Positions 39,401-51,994 of a stretch of DNA of 64,000 nt are shown here, one piece after another (position 1 is the stretch's first letter; each line of letters starts with the position of its first letter). A model generated the notes under the pieces. The model worked only from the letters and a program-made list of their open reading frames with translations, was not told the DNA's origin and searched no databases. Source of the stretch: Tubiluchus corallicola (lineage: Eukaryota; Animalia; Priapulida); assembly GCA_030141605.1 (NCBI GenBank), contig JAQGDQ010000820.1, positions 1-64,000 of the forward strand. The letters run 5' to 3'. Both the position numbers and the translations under genes were made by a program.

Positions 39401-39725
39401 TGGCACTCTTTCTAAAAAAGACATCATCTCAGCTGTTAAAAGTGAAATGTCAGGTGACTTACAGACAAGTATGTTAACCATAATAAAATGCATTCAGAAC
39501 AAGCCGGGTTACTTTGCCGAACGGTTGTATCACGCTATGAAAGGTTTGGGGACCGACGACGACACGCTGATTCGTGTAATCGTGTCGCGCTGCGAAACGG
39601 ACATGGTACAGATTAAAGCGGAGTTTAATAAAACGTACGGCAAAGGTGGTCTTGGTAAATGGATCATGGATGACTGCTCCGGTGACTACAGAGATTTGCT
39701 GTTAATGTTAATTGGTGAAAAGTAA
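36468..39725 (+). CDS. Eight-repeat annexin (two tetrad cores) with DZANK1-like N-terminal regions; 1085 aa, single coding exon
   Basis: Intact 3258-nt ORF preceded by an acceptor (TTTTTTTAG 36419-36427). Eight annexin repeats carry GLGTDE, GLGTDE, KFGTDE, GAGTGD, GLGTNE, GLGTKE, SWGMDE and GLGTDD. The N-terminal Fn3-associated-type domain and the SPGKGLWRQQVDHI segment resemble DZANK1. Confidence 0.95.
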   Translation: MYWNTSSGPVAAPKITPLRDPLLGLTTTKIDTGTYIELLTDTQGAKLFFSVDGSKPNPFHPKIGGKEVTHKYIGPFTLKPGKRLLKALAVSRDGLHESQVVSKTFVVEEKVENSDDENDPLWADDGLSTAVDDSFDCDKPPVGFSHLDQYRVPTKPIVKSKVKNAWTKPPAAAHTRDDGHINPINYSGTQVNIFGIPPQASSSTPSLSQVDKRGVAFSTYPSSPYNSVPYLDTYRSNTGYFTEQMIKNLEHGGPLHVSDVKNQIATEERLAIEYPPIQKKKLSPGKGLWRQQVDHIYSNLLEYAKEAGDFRHELGMKRLGQVVSAALEEDEDTYHFIVTLAKADKDVQQTPKLTLRPETPLKVEKPTLSKPAKVVMHTNKVKSKMNEFINEEEVQREGTVKAFKGFDAEQDAEALQQAMKGLGTDEDTIIQVMATRSNKQRQDIIKTYKTMFGKGLISELESELSGNLCATVLALCEPRVHFDATQLHKAIKGLGTDENTLIEVLCTRSNKEIKDICTVYKQLFGRSLEKDIADDTSGHFKRFLISLVQGNRDESNLVNKTKAREDAEAMYRAGENKFGTDESRFNVVLCSRSSAHLRATFEFYKSIAKKDIEDSISSEMSGNLKAAMLAVVRCIRDQPGYFAQQLHKSMKGAGTGDDTLIRIVVSRCEVDMVQIRYAFRKKYKQSLAQFIQDDTSGDYRKVLLMLIGEPVTLRPKYVASTTTNYDRVAENDSEDERDEDRHMPIDDGRRKSADSSTPKTRFIQEPEYEATGTIADYVNFNAESDAEILRKAMKGLGTNEKAIMNVYGRRASNQIQLVIQAYKTMFGKDLISDLKGELSGNFSTLVLALCFTKEKFDASELRKAVQGLGTKESVLIEILCTRTNKQISMISQSYKQMFGRDLEKDIKSDTSGHFQRLLVSMLQGNRDDNTSVNVDKAKEDAHALYEAGEKSWGMDESRFNAILASRSFAHLRVVFREYGTLSKKDIISAVKSEMSGDLQTSMLTIIKCIQNKPGYFAERLYHAMKGLGTDDDTLIRVIVSRCETDMVQIKAEFNKTYGKGGLGKWIMDDCSGDYRDLLLMLIGEK

Positions 39726-39739
39726 AATGTGGAAATTTT

Positions 39740-39928
39740 GATTGTTTATTATAGTCATTGTGATGCGGACAACATTGTTTACTCTTTGTTTATTATAGTC
39801 ATTGTGATGCCAACATAACATTGTTTACTCTTTGTTTATTATACTCATTGTGATGCCCACATAACATTGTTTACTCTTTGTTTATTATAGTCATTGTGAT
39901 GCCGACATAACATTGTTTACTCTTTATT
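39740..39928. repeat. ~45-bp tandem repeat x4 in the annexin 3' UTR
   Basis: TTGTTTATTATAGTCATTGTGATGC...AACATTGTTTACTCT repeated. Confidence 0.8.
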
Positions 39929-41139
39929 ATCCTACATCCAGTTTTCCACAGTTGTTACAGTTTTATAAGATGTGTTAAAATGAAAACAATTTTACTATAC
40001 GTTTAAGAGTTTTGTTTCTTTATTTATTAAGTACATTGTTGCATTATATATTATTTTTATTTAATGAAACAACTGAAATTTGACTGTATTAAAACTTCAA
40101 CTTCAAAACTTAAAACTTCATAAAGTTTTTTTTGAACTAGCTCACGAGGTCCCTGATCTTTAAAGCAAAACCAGTTTTTAAAAGATATAAAGGAAAAATA
40201 CTGTTTTTTAAAGATTGATTTACGTAAAACAATTATTACCACCCTAGGTTCGTGCCACTAGTTCTTCGCTGTTACATGCATTTCGCCATTCGCTAGTTAG
40301 ACAAGCTTTAGCGCCTCCGTTTCGGAAAACGCACAAAAACAGGTGCTGTACCTCTCATTTCAGATGTGTTAGTTTGTGATGAACTACACATGTTCGACAG
40401 CTCATGCGTGAGTAAAGCTGTAAATTTGAAAGTTGACGCAATTATATGTTTGTCTATGCCACAACAGACAGAATCAGCGTGTGACAAAAATGCAAAGTAA
40501 TAACTCCAGAAAACTCTTCCAAGGTCATGTGATTTTAAAAAACAAAAAAGATTCTACTTTGTCTCTTCGGACAACAGTGAAAAATTGTTGGAAAGGTGCC
40601 AACTTTGAAAAATGTGCTCAAGGGGAGCATTTGCTGCCCTTGTTCCCTGAAAAATGTGCCCAAGGGGAGAATTTGCTGCCCTTGTCGTGAAAATGTGCTC
40701 TGGGGGAGAATTTGCTGCCCTTGTTCCCTGAAAAATATGATTAAGGGGAGAATTTGTTGCCCTTGTTCCCTTATTAGTTACTCCACAGGGTTTATAACTT
40801 TTTACTAAGAGACACATTTCTCAAGTCTGAGTTTGAGTTTTAAAAAAATAGTGCATGTCGGTATGAGTTAATGACTCGAGTATTGGTTTGTACATCCTGG
40901 TACCTCCTCTCTAGATTTAATAGCGCCCTTTGTTTTTCCATCTTTCTTGCTTCCTTTGCAAATCCTTTTTTATTGTATGGCTCATATTAAAGTGCAGTGG
41001 AAATTTTATATGGCATCACAACTGATTGCCCTGCACTTTTAAATTTTAACTGCATTTATTGCTTGAAGAAGTCTTTAAACTTGACATTAATTTGTACAGT
41101 ATAATATTTTAAAATCATTCTAAGATCTCTTATATTAAT

Positions 41140-41345
41140 ATTCTTGGTATATATATATATAAGATTCGAGGCTACAGCCCGGACGAGGGCACCATTTGCG
41201 GCGATCTATACATCAAACGAAAGGTCTCGATCTAGTGTCGTCTCATTGATGGTTTATTTTTCGAATCGGGCCCACCGGGAGGAGGGGGCGGCGAAAAACC
41301 TCCAAAAATGGCCCTTTTTCGGCCGTTTTTTGCAAAAAATTGCAA
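41140..41345 (+). mobile_element. Helitron 5' fragment (same family as 47089-47818)
   Basis: (TA)nAGATTCGAGGCTACAGCC...GGCCGTTTTTTGCAAAA is shared with 47089-47277. Confidence 0.65.
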
Positions 41346-41927
41346 AAGTTATACGGCTGAGATGTAGTCTTGAAATAATTTATGAGTAGATTATGTAATT
41401 AAAATTGTTTTTAGATACAACATTTAATGAGTGTGAGAAAATATTTATAAAAGTAATGTGTTTACGTTAAATCATACGTTAAATTTACAATCATTTTCAC
41501 TGTTCTATGCACGACAAAAATTTACACGTAGTCCCAGCCATTTAATCTTGCAAGTCACTGTCTATTAAGGCCAAAAGATTTTCGTGAAGTGTAAATTTCA
41601 CAAAAACTTATACGTTTCATGTCATTATACATGGTACAAGATTACTTTACATTTCTTACAAGATTACACAGTCACTACTTAAAGATTTCTTTTTTAATTA
41701 TAATAGTAATAACCAATCATTAAAATTTACAGCATACAATAATATATTCAAATTTATAAGTAGAAGTAGCAATGCTTCCTTGTTTTTTTAAAAATGCTAA
41801 ACAAAAAAACTCATTTGCTGTACAAGATAGAAATTGATCAGCAATTTTCGCTAATTTTTATTTTTAAAGTGAGATTTTTCCTGGAAGTGCTTACATGTAC
41901 GAATCCTTCCTTTTTTGTTTTTCTAGA

Positions 41928-43827
<1,900 letters not shown>

Positions 43828-43927
43828 TATTTATAGAATGTTGTGAACAGTGTTAATAAAATACGAAATATGTTAACATGTTAGATGAATACAGCTTTAC
43901 GGTAATACTGTAATTCTTGTGGTAACG

Positions 43928-44863
43928 ATGCCAAATAAGGACATGTCTGATATAACAAAACTGGACCTCTACGCGGTGCTAGAGGTCAGCCCAGATGCAA
44001 CCAGCCAAGAGATTGTGAGAGCTTATCGTAAGAAAGCTCTGAAGTGCCATCCCGATAAGAATCCGGACAACCCGAGAGCGGCCGAGATGTTTCACCAGCT
44101 GTTTCAAGCTCTCGAGGTGTTGTCCGACGAACTTGCGCGTGCCGCGTACGACAAAGTGTTGAAAGCAAAGAAAGCCCACGAGATTCGACACCGGAAACTC
44201 GACGCTAAACGCAAGAAGCTCAAGGAAGATTTGGAAAGTCGAGAAACTGCGGCCCGGAGCGAAAACGAGAAGAAAGAGGTGGCAAAAGAGAAACTCCTAG
44301 CCGAAATAGAACGGTTACGTAAAGAGGGATCAAGTTTGCTCGAAAGAGAGCAAGAGCTCTTGCGGGAGCAGTTGAAAAGAGAGTCCGCAAGTAAGAGTAG
44401 CCCTATGGCTGGCCCTTCCGAAGTGGCGATGGCCAGGTTGAAGATTAAATGGAAAAGTTCAAAGAACGATCCATCTAATGGTGGCTATAGTGAAACAATT
44501 TTACGCGAAATGTTTAGCAAATACGGAAAAGTGAACTTGATTTTGGTGTCTAGCAAGAGGAACGGTAGCGCCATAGTTGAATTCTGTAGTGCGGACAGTG
44601 CAGAAATGGCCTCAAGACATGAGCGTGGTTTTCAAGACAATCCCATATCATTGTCCTGGATCGGCGAAAGACCAAGCCACGTTTCTAGTGAGGCGCCCGA
44701 GAATGGTCGTCCACCGGGAAGTGGAGCAGATTCAGCGTCTACGAATGTCCCCGGTTCCGCACCACAAAATGACAGAGATTTTGAAAGCGTCGTCCTGATG
44801 AAGCTCAGACAAGCAGAAGAGAGAAAAAAACTCGCAGAACAAATTGAGGCAGAGGAGCAGTGA
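43928..44863 (+). CDS. DNAJC17: DnaJ homolog subfamily C member 17 (J domain + RRM), intronless CDS
   Basis: J domain YRKKALKCHPDKNPDNPRAAEMFHQL, coiled coil, LKIKWK...GGYS...FSKYG...AIVEF RRM, C-terminal RDFESVVLMKLRQAEERKKL. First ATG is at 43928; the track starts at a GTG. Confidence 0.95.
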   Translation: MPNKDMSDITKLDLYAVLEVSPDATSQEIVRAYRKKALKCHPDKNPDNPRAAEMFHQLFQALEVLSDELARAAYDKVLKAKKAHEIRHRKLDAKRKKLKEDLESRETAARSENEKKEVAKEKLLAEIERLRKEGSSLLEREQELLREQLKRESASKSSPMAGPSEVAMARLKIKWKSSKNDPSNGGYSETILREMFSKYGKVNLILVSSKRNGSAIVEFCSADSAEMASRHERGFQDNPISLSWIGERPSHVSSEAPENGRPPGSGADSASTNVPGSAPQNDRDFESVVLMKLRQAEERKKLAEQIEAEEQ

Positions 44864-46009
44864 TTAAGAATAATACGTTATACTTAGTTAGCAACTTCAG
44901 TAGTGCTGTTTCAATGATAAACACTGGTTGTTTGAAAAATCATATTTTATAGAGCGATGATCGTTTCAGCTGTTGCTATAAATCGAGTCAAGAAAGAAGA
45001 ACAAAAAATACATTAATGACACAAAAGCACAAACTGAAAGTACAAAACAGCAGATTAGAATTTAACTTCATCAATATAAACCAGGTTGTAACAGAAAAGA
45101 TTGCAGAGAAATGTAAAAAATTTTGTAATGTAAAAAATGTAAAAAACACATGAGAAGCAGAAAACAACATAACATATTCAATTCAATTCAGTTTTATTTG
45201 CACAAATACATACAATGTACATTGGCAAAGCAATAAATACTATATAAACTGAAAAAATCATAATAGGCTGTGTGTAAAGTTATTTTCATATACAAATGTT
45301 AAGATGTGGCATACTGATACTAAAATCACGAATAAAAATTGTATAATTTAGCAATGAAAAAATTAGGTATCTGTAGCAGATTTTTAAATGAAAGATTACA
45401 AGTAGTAAAAACAATTAGTCTAAGTCTACATAGTGAAGAACCACAGCAGTAAGCATTATAAAAATCAAACACAATTACATTTTGCGCAATTGACAAGTAG
45501 GAACTACAATAAGGGAAACCATGTGGATGTGATGCAGAGAGTAAATCCACCAAGACCACTACGGAACCTGAAGAACATTTCAAAACGGTAATAAGGTACC
45601 AAGCTGGCTCTTTTATGCAAATAATTGTTGGTTTTACGTGCACGGATGAGTTTTCCAGAATCTTTCGTAGAAATGTTCACTAGTATAAGACAGATTCTTG
45701 GCAAAGTCTTGCCTTTTTGTATTTGTTAGTTTTTTAATCATGATAGTAAATATTTGCATACAAGAAGTAAGACTGTCGTGCAGGGGGTATTTAATTTTTA
45801 ACTGTAGCTTTGAAATCTGCCCATTAATGCATTAAATAGGTTGTCATTAAATAGTTCAGATTAGATTTAATATTTCATTTCAAACTTCATAAAGTTCATA
45901 TACACTTCACAAATTAATACAATAAATCATGACACACAAATAACAATTAACGATATAACAAACTACGCCAATGACGTCTAATTACAGAAGTAAAGTTTGC
46001 ATCACTGTT

Positions 46010-46285
46010 TCAAATGTTCTTGCATATAGAATTTTCACTCTTATTCAGCCTGACGTGTAAACTGTGTGCACATTTTCTGTGAATCACATCAAAATAAATA
46101 ATATTAATATTAAGTCTAGAAATATATCTAGCGCTCGTATCATATGAAAAGTTAAACAGCTTCCGTGTTGATACATTATGTGCAACCTTGAGTTTGCTAA
46201 GATTGTAAGAATGAAAATGTCTCCAAGTGGACATACAATAAAAAGTAGTGCAGTAAGCCTTAAACAATTGTCTCTTCACATTAAC
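46010..46285 (-). mobile_element. LINE (RTEX-like) 3' RT fragment
   Basis: LFKAYCTTFY...W...KLKVAHN...RKLF...RLNKSENSI is a common non-LTR RT C-terminal tail. Clade assignment is tentative. Confidence 0.65.
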
Positions 46286-46360
46286 TAGAGAATCATCATT
46301 ATTTTTACAATTTTTAACTGACTGTCTTAAACTAGCTGACTAAATCCTATGGACAGATAT

Positions 46361-46492
46361 GTTGGTTGGCATCCTTCTGTCTCGGATGTTAGGTGTTTCT
46401 AGGCGGTTACCCATCCAAGTACTAACCAGGCTGTACGTTGCTTAACTTCGGTGATCAGACGAGAACCGGTGTTTTCAACGTGATTTGGCCGC
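46361..46492 (-). mobile_element. Minimal 5S-derived SINE (5S head fused directly to the RTE-like tail)
   Basis: 5S-like head followed by TCCGAGACAGAAGGATGCCAACCAAC, the same tail as the 13080-13632 copy. TSD ACAGATAT at 46353-46360 and 46493-46500. Confidence 0.82.
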
Positions 46493-47006
46493 ACAGATAT
46501 TATATTATATGTTGCATATATAGTTATATAGGTACTATGTTGCTTACTACAACTATATATATATATATATATATATTTAAATAAAATTAAATCAAATTTT
46601 ACACCTAAGTATAATCCGTTTATAGCAAGGTATGTTATAACGAGACTCCGGTTAATACGAACAAATTTCAACTTTGAACTCGTTATAGGCGGATTATACT
46701 GTATGATACGTAATGCAAGCCATGTGTACAAGTGAAAAAACTACTATATAAAGGTTAATTCACATTTTCATATTTCCATATATATATATAATACTATCTT
46801 ATTATTAACGTATTTACTAAGTTCAGATAATGTTCATATAGACAAAAATACTTTTACGTCACACGAACTGTCCAATATTCCTAAATTAAACTGATAACAT
46901 TACTGCCCACCAGTGTCTAAAAATCTTTTTATCTATATTCGGGAAAGGATAGCAGACTAGGTGACTTTATAGTCTTTTCGCTATCCTTTCTCTAGTTCTA
47001 GATCTG

Positions 47007-47818
47007 CTGCGTATTTTTGATTATACCTGTATTTATACGCAAAATTTTTTGCGGGGCCTTTGCTAGTCGTATATATTAATTCTACTGGTATATATATATA
47101 TATATATATATATAAGATTCGAGGCTACAGCCATTTGCGGTGATTTATATATCAAACAAAAGGTCTCGATCTAGTGTCGTGCCATTGGGGGTTTATTTTT
47201 CGAATCGGACCCACTGGGATGAACGGGGGGACGAAAAACCTCCAAAAATGGCGATTTTTCGGCCGTTTTTTGCAAAACACACGTCTGAGATCTGAAGAAC
47301 GGGAATGGGCCATGGGGGGGGGGGGTGCTGGCTATGGATAGATAGCCCGTTCAGCGGTGGGTGTCATAGGCCTATTTAGAATTCCCGAGAGGGCCACGGC
47401 GTCCCATAACGGGCATTTTCCAGGACCCAACTCCCGATTTTTTTGAAATTTTGGCCAAACAGCCTGCGAAAAAAACGTTCTAGCGTCGCCTGGTGGGACT
47501 CTCAGTAGGAGATATATAGCTCTTTAGAAAGAGGAAGAACAGGGCTACACGATGATGTGGGCTGCATTTTAGGACACGTCCACTGAGAGGAGTAGCGACG
47601 AGTTAATTAGATGTTCTATTTTCCGCAATTTTCGCTTAGAAAACTGCTGACGCAAAGCCATTGTTCTGACGTCATCCATTATACTCTGCTTATAATCTTA
47701 ACTCAGTAAAAGCTGCTGCTGCTGGCTTTGCATAACAAATGAGGACAAAGTAGAATGTTCGCGTATTATTGATTATACGTGTATTTATACGCAAAATTTT
47801 TTGCGGGGCCTTTGCTAG
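47007..47818 (+). mobile_element. Non-autonomous Helitrons in tandem (3' ends at 47066 and 47818)
   Basis: Two copies of hairpin CGCAAAA-TT-TTTTGCG followed 9 nt later by CTAG|T, the canonical Helitron 3' end. The second unit begins with (TA)n at ~47089. Confidence 0.7.
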
Positions 47819-47897
47819 TCGTAATTAATCTAAATCATCTTCCTCTCCCACACGTTTTTTCCACAGTGCACCGTAGGCGTCATTAATTATAAACATG

Positions 47898-49800
47898 TCA
47901 GCGCACACAGTGTCAGCATCCACTACAAAACAAAAATGGACAGTGATCAACAATGTTATAAATAAACATAAAAATAAACAAAATAGGTTAAATGAACTTA
48001 AAATCAACAATACCACAATAACGAAACCCAAAGATATTGCGAATTTGTTAAATGAGACGTTTGTTAACCTCGGAAACTTTAATTTGCAGAATGATTATTC
48101 TGATACCATAAAAGACAAACTAGAAACTGTAGGACCTGCAAATAACCAATTTTCATTTTCCTGTGTTACTTTTGCTGATATTTTAAAAATAATAAATAAT
48201 TTAGATGCCAATAAAGGTAGTGGCACATCTGGCATACCAATAAAAGTTCTAAAGGACAGTATGCATTTAATTGCTCCACATATAACCTATATCACTAACC
48301 AAATAATAATGCGTGGCAAATTTCCTGATCAATGCAAAACAGCTAATATTACACCAATCCACAAAAAGAATGCTAAAGATGAACCAATAAATTACAGACC
48401 AGTATCAATAGTTCATTGTATGAGTAAAATTTGGGAAAGAGTAATCTAAGATCAAATTATTACATATGTCAATCAAAATGAACTCTTATCGAAACATCAA
48501 TTCGGATTTAGAAAAAAAACATTCAACTGTCGATGCTATAATAAACGTAACTGAAAACTGGTGAGATAATTTTGATAAAAACAAATATGTGGCAGCAGCT
48601 TTTCTAGATTTAAGTAAAGCTTTCGACAGTTTAAATCACACACTACTATTAGATAATTTGAAAGAACTTGGATTTGAACAATCTGCATTAAAATTAATTA
48701 ATGATTACCTACAAAATAGAAAGCATCGGGTTAAAATAAACTCTACAACATTCTCAGATTGGGCTAACCTTCAACGAGGTATCCCGCAGGGCACACTGTT
48801 GGGACCTCTACTGTTTAACCTTTACATCAACAATATTTCTAACGTTCTACAACATTCAAGTATTACGCAATATGCAGACGACACGACTATTTATCTGGCT
48901 CACGAGAATATCAGCATTGCAAAACAGTACTTAGAAAGAGACATAAAGAATATCAACATGGCATTTAATTATTACAAACTAAAAATGAATAGTGACAAAA
49001 CATAATTTATGGTATTATCCCCTACAATTAACAATACTGAAAATACAGCTGCTATATCCTTGCAAATAGAAAATGATGTTATCGTGCAGTCAAAAGTTGT
49101 TAATTTCTTAGGCGTTAAGTTGGACAACATGCTTACATGGGAAGAGCAGTTCATCAACATTTATAAAAAAATGGCATTAAGTACTTCGTACCTTCGACAA
49201 ATCAGAGGACAGCTATCAAAACAAACAAAAATTCTAATTTACAAAACTTTAATTTTGCCCCATTATTTATATGCCTGCATACTGTACCAAAAAGTGAAAA
49301 GAGAGTCATACATCAAATTAAATGTACTTCAAAACTATGCTTTACGATTAGTTAATGGTCATTCTTTGAAATCATCTCACAATACAAGTAAATATTCTGC
49401 CACCTCTTTAAGAAACTCCATGAAAATCCCGATATTAGAAGCCCACGGAGATTATCAAACTCTCCTGTTTCTCTATAAATATATCAACAATATTAATTCT
49501 CCTTTCAAAAACAATAAGCTCCCACTTCTTAAAAACCCCAGTATGAATAACAGAACACTAAATTTAAGAAACATTAGAACGAACAATCAATATGGAAAGA
49601 ATTCCATTACTAAGCAAGCAATACAACTTTGGAATTCATTACCGACATCACTAAAACACAGCAGCTCTTTATCAATATTTTTATGTCTAAATTAAAAAAA
49701 GCATTTAATGACTCGTTTTGAATATCCGACATACGAACACGATGATACTTACTCAAATCATAATTTCATTTTTCCTAGACCTTACTAAACTAGTTTATAT
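47898..49800 (+). mobile_element. 5'-truncated L2/Crack-group LINE, RT pseudogene
   Basis: NYRPVS, QFGFR, FLDLSKAFD, GIPQGTLLGPLLF, QYADDT, FLGVKLD and LWNSLP across three ORFs broken by stops and a frameshift. Confidence 0.9.
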
Positions 49801-49802
49801 TT

Positions 49803-49814
49803 TACTACTACTTA

Positions 49815-49891
<77 letters not shown>

Positions 49892-49942
49892 TTACTACTA
49901 CTACTACTACTACTACTATGCTGCTGCTGCTACTGCTGCTGC
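49803..49942. repeat. (CTA)n/(CTG)n microsatellite
   Basis: Direct reading. Could be the LINE tail or part of the adjacent element. Confidence 0.95.
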
Positions 49943-50835
49943 AGAGAAACGCAGCCATAATCCATAATCCGCGAGCCACGAGGTGTTTTCGATCTTCCAT
50001 AAGGTCACGTGGTTCGCCTACTCTAGCTAATCTTAGACGATATTTTGACGTTGTTTCCATTGAATCCGTACTTAATCTAAATCATCTTCCTCTCCCACAC
50101 GTTTTTTCCACAGTGCACCGTAGGCGTCATTAATTATAAACATGCTTTTAACGCAAGTGTCAGTGTCACACAGACAAACGCAGCCATAATCCATAATACG
50201 TGAGCCACGAGGTGTCTCTTCCATCTTTCATAAGGCGTATATCATAATCCGCGATATGCTCCATACTGTGTAAACATAGTAAGACGTTTTGCCATAATCC
50301 ATTTCGGTAATAGACGTCTCTAATTATGTAGCATTACTGAAATGTTGTACGCGACATGCGTTCGACTTCGTTTTATCTGAAGAAAAATTAAAAATTCTTT
50401 CTGCTAAGCCAGCGTCTAAACATTAAGTAACTCGTATAATGATAATTAATAATAATATGACATGACGAAATGTGAAAAAATGAAACTTACATCTTTGCCT
50501 CATACCGGTGACTCACTACTTTCATATCCTAACTGTGAAATGAGGCCAATGGCGTATTTCCTGACCTAGCTCACCTGTCTAAACTAGGAAAAACAAACAC
50601 CAGGAGGCACCACGTGCTTATATCCAAAACAAATGTCTTGCTTAAAAATTGCTTTTTAATGTTTATAAGACCATTCTGGTATGTTTGGTATGTTACCAAG
50701 TTGCGTTCTGTTTTGAATTCTTGTGATATAAATGAATTTTGTGCTTTGAAAACCACAAACGTGCTAATTACTGCATTAGAGAACAAAATCACCTTAATGA
50801 AATTAATAATCAAGTAGATTTCGCAATATGGCGTC

Positions 50836-50990
50836 TTACGTACCGCTCATGATGAGCCGACCGCGGATTACGACTGACGGCTTCCGGTAGGCAAGGCACG
50901 GTAGATGGAAGATGACAAAGGCATTATTTGTGTGAGAGGGACCATTGGTCAGCGTATGTGACAGGGACCATTGGTCAGTCTTTTTTCTTT
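50836..50990 (-). promoter_or_regulatory. Candidate promoter and first exon of an unassigned minus-strand transcript
   Basis: Two CTGACCAATGG boxes (~50942-50978), ETS motif ACCGGAAG (~50881-50888), CpG-rich patch, donor |GTAAGA at ~50839, YY1-like AATATGGCG at 50825-50833. Confidence 0.45.
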
Positions 50991-51563
50991 TTTCATGAGG
51001 TGGCCTTTTCTTCTCACGACTCACCCCTTATGAATTATGTCCTCTATTTGACACGTGCCTAAAAAAACTTTTTTACCCTATTTTTAGTTCGTTCTATTTG
51101 TAATTAGGGAGGCCATATTTTAATCTACTTCAAATTCGAATTTTGTAATTTGGTAAATTCTTATTCTTATTGTGTAATTTTCCATTTCCTTTCCGGTCTT
51201 TTTTGCTTATTCAGTTAGTTGGGCGATTGTTCGACCTTGGTCAATTGGTCAAGTAGTTGTTTGATTGGCTCGCTGAAGATTCTTCCATTCATTTTTTCTA
51301 TATTTTTCTTCTTCTTTCACTGTTACTTGGTTCCATCCTACTCTCATTCCTGTCTACTCGTCTGTTTGTTTACTTCATTATTCAGTCCGTCAATCGTTTT
51401 TTAGGTCGTTAAACCTTTCACTCTGTCGTTCAGTTTGTCATTCCTTTCATCTTTTGTCTATCAATTTCATCATTCCTCTTCTTATATGTATGCGTTATGC
51501 GAAATTTAAAATTTACCCAAATATTAGCGGCAAACATAATAAGAATTGATCGTACCATGTGCT

Positions 51564-51614
51564 AGATGACCGAAGCTAGGCAACAGTGAAGCCGGTCAAT
51601 TACTGGATGGGTGA
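51564..51614 (+). pseudogene. Highly diverged 5S rRNA / SINE3 head fragment
   Basis: GATGACCGAAGCTAGGCAAC...CCGGTCAATTACTGGATGGGTGA aligns to 5S box A through box C. Confidence 0.55.
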
Positions 51615-51994
51615 ATATCAGCTACAATTCTCACTCATGGTCATTTCGTTCGCTATACTCAGTTTGGTCGTTTACTTCATTGTGGGGAATGCACACATAT
51701 CACAAAGTGGCAGTGTCTCATTTCAGAGAATTAATCTTGTATGATTTAGGTTCCTGTATTGCCACACTGTTTATATTAAATATGTCCTGCCAGTGAATCC
51801 TGGCTCCTGGCTGTTTGTGTGCCCGGTTGAACAAAAAATGGGCTTGGTCAAATTTGCTGGAATTTATTTACAATTTATATCTAAATGTGTTTAAATAAAA
51901 TTTACAAAGTGTCAAACAGAAAGCAAATAAATCAGTTTTATTTGTAATAAATGCTACATAATATGAGAATCGTTATTAGAAACCTTTACTTTCA

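Noticed and set aside
36468-39725. Calling the gene ANXA6 or DZANK1
   Set aside because: Eight repeats alone do not establish ANXA6 orthology, and zinc ribbons and ankyrins are missing. Gene symbol left blank.
45645-45705. SECIS element or H/ACA snoRNA at the hairpin downstream of DNAJC17
   Set aside because: No correctly placed GA for the SECIS quartet, no ANANNA hinge or second hairpin, and DNAJC17 homology ends at its TGA.
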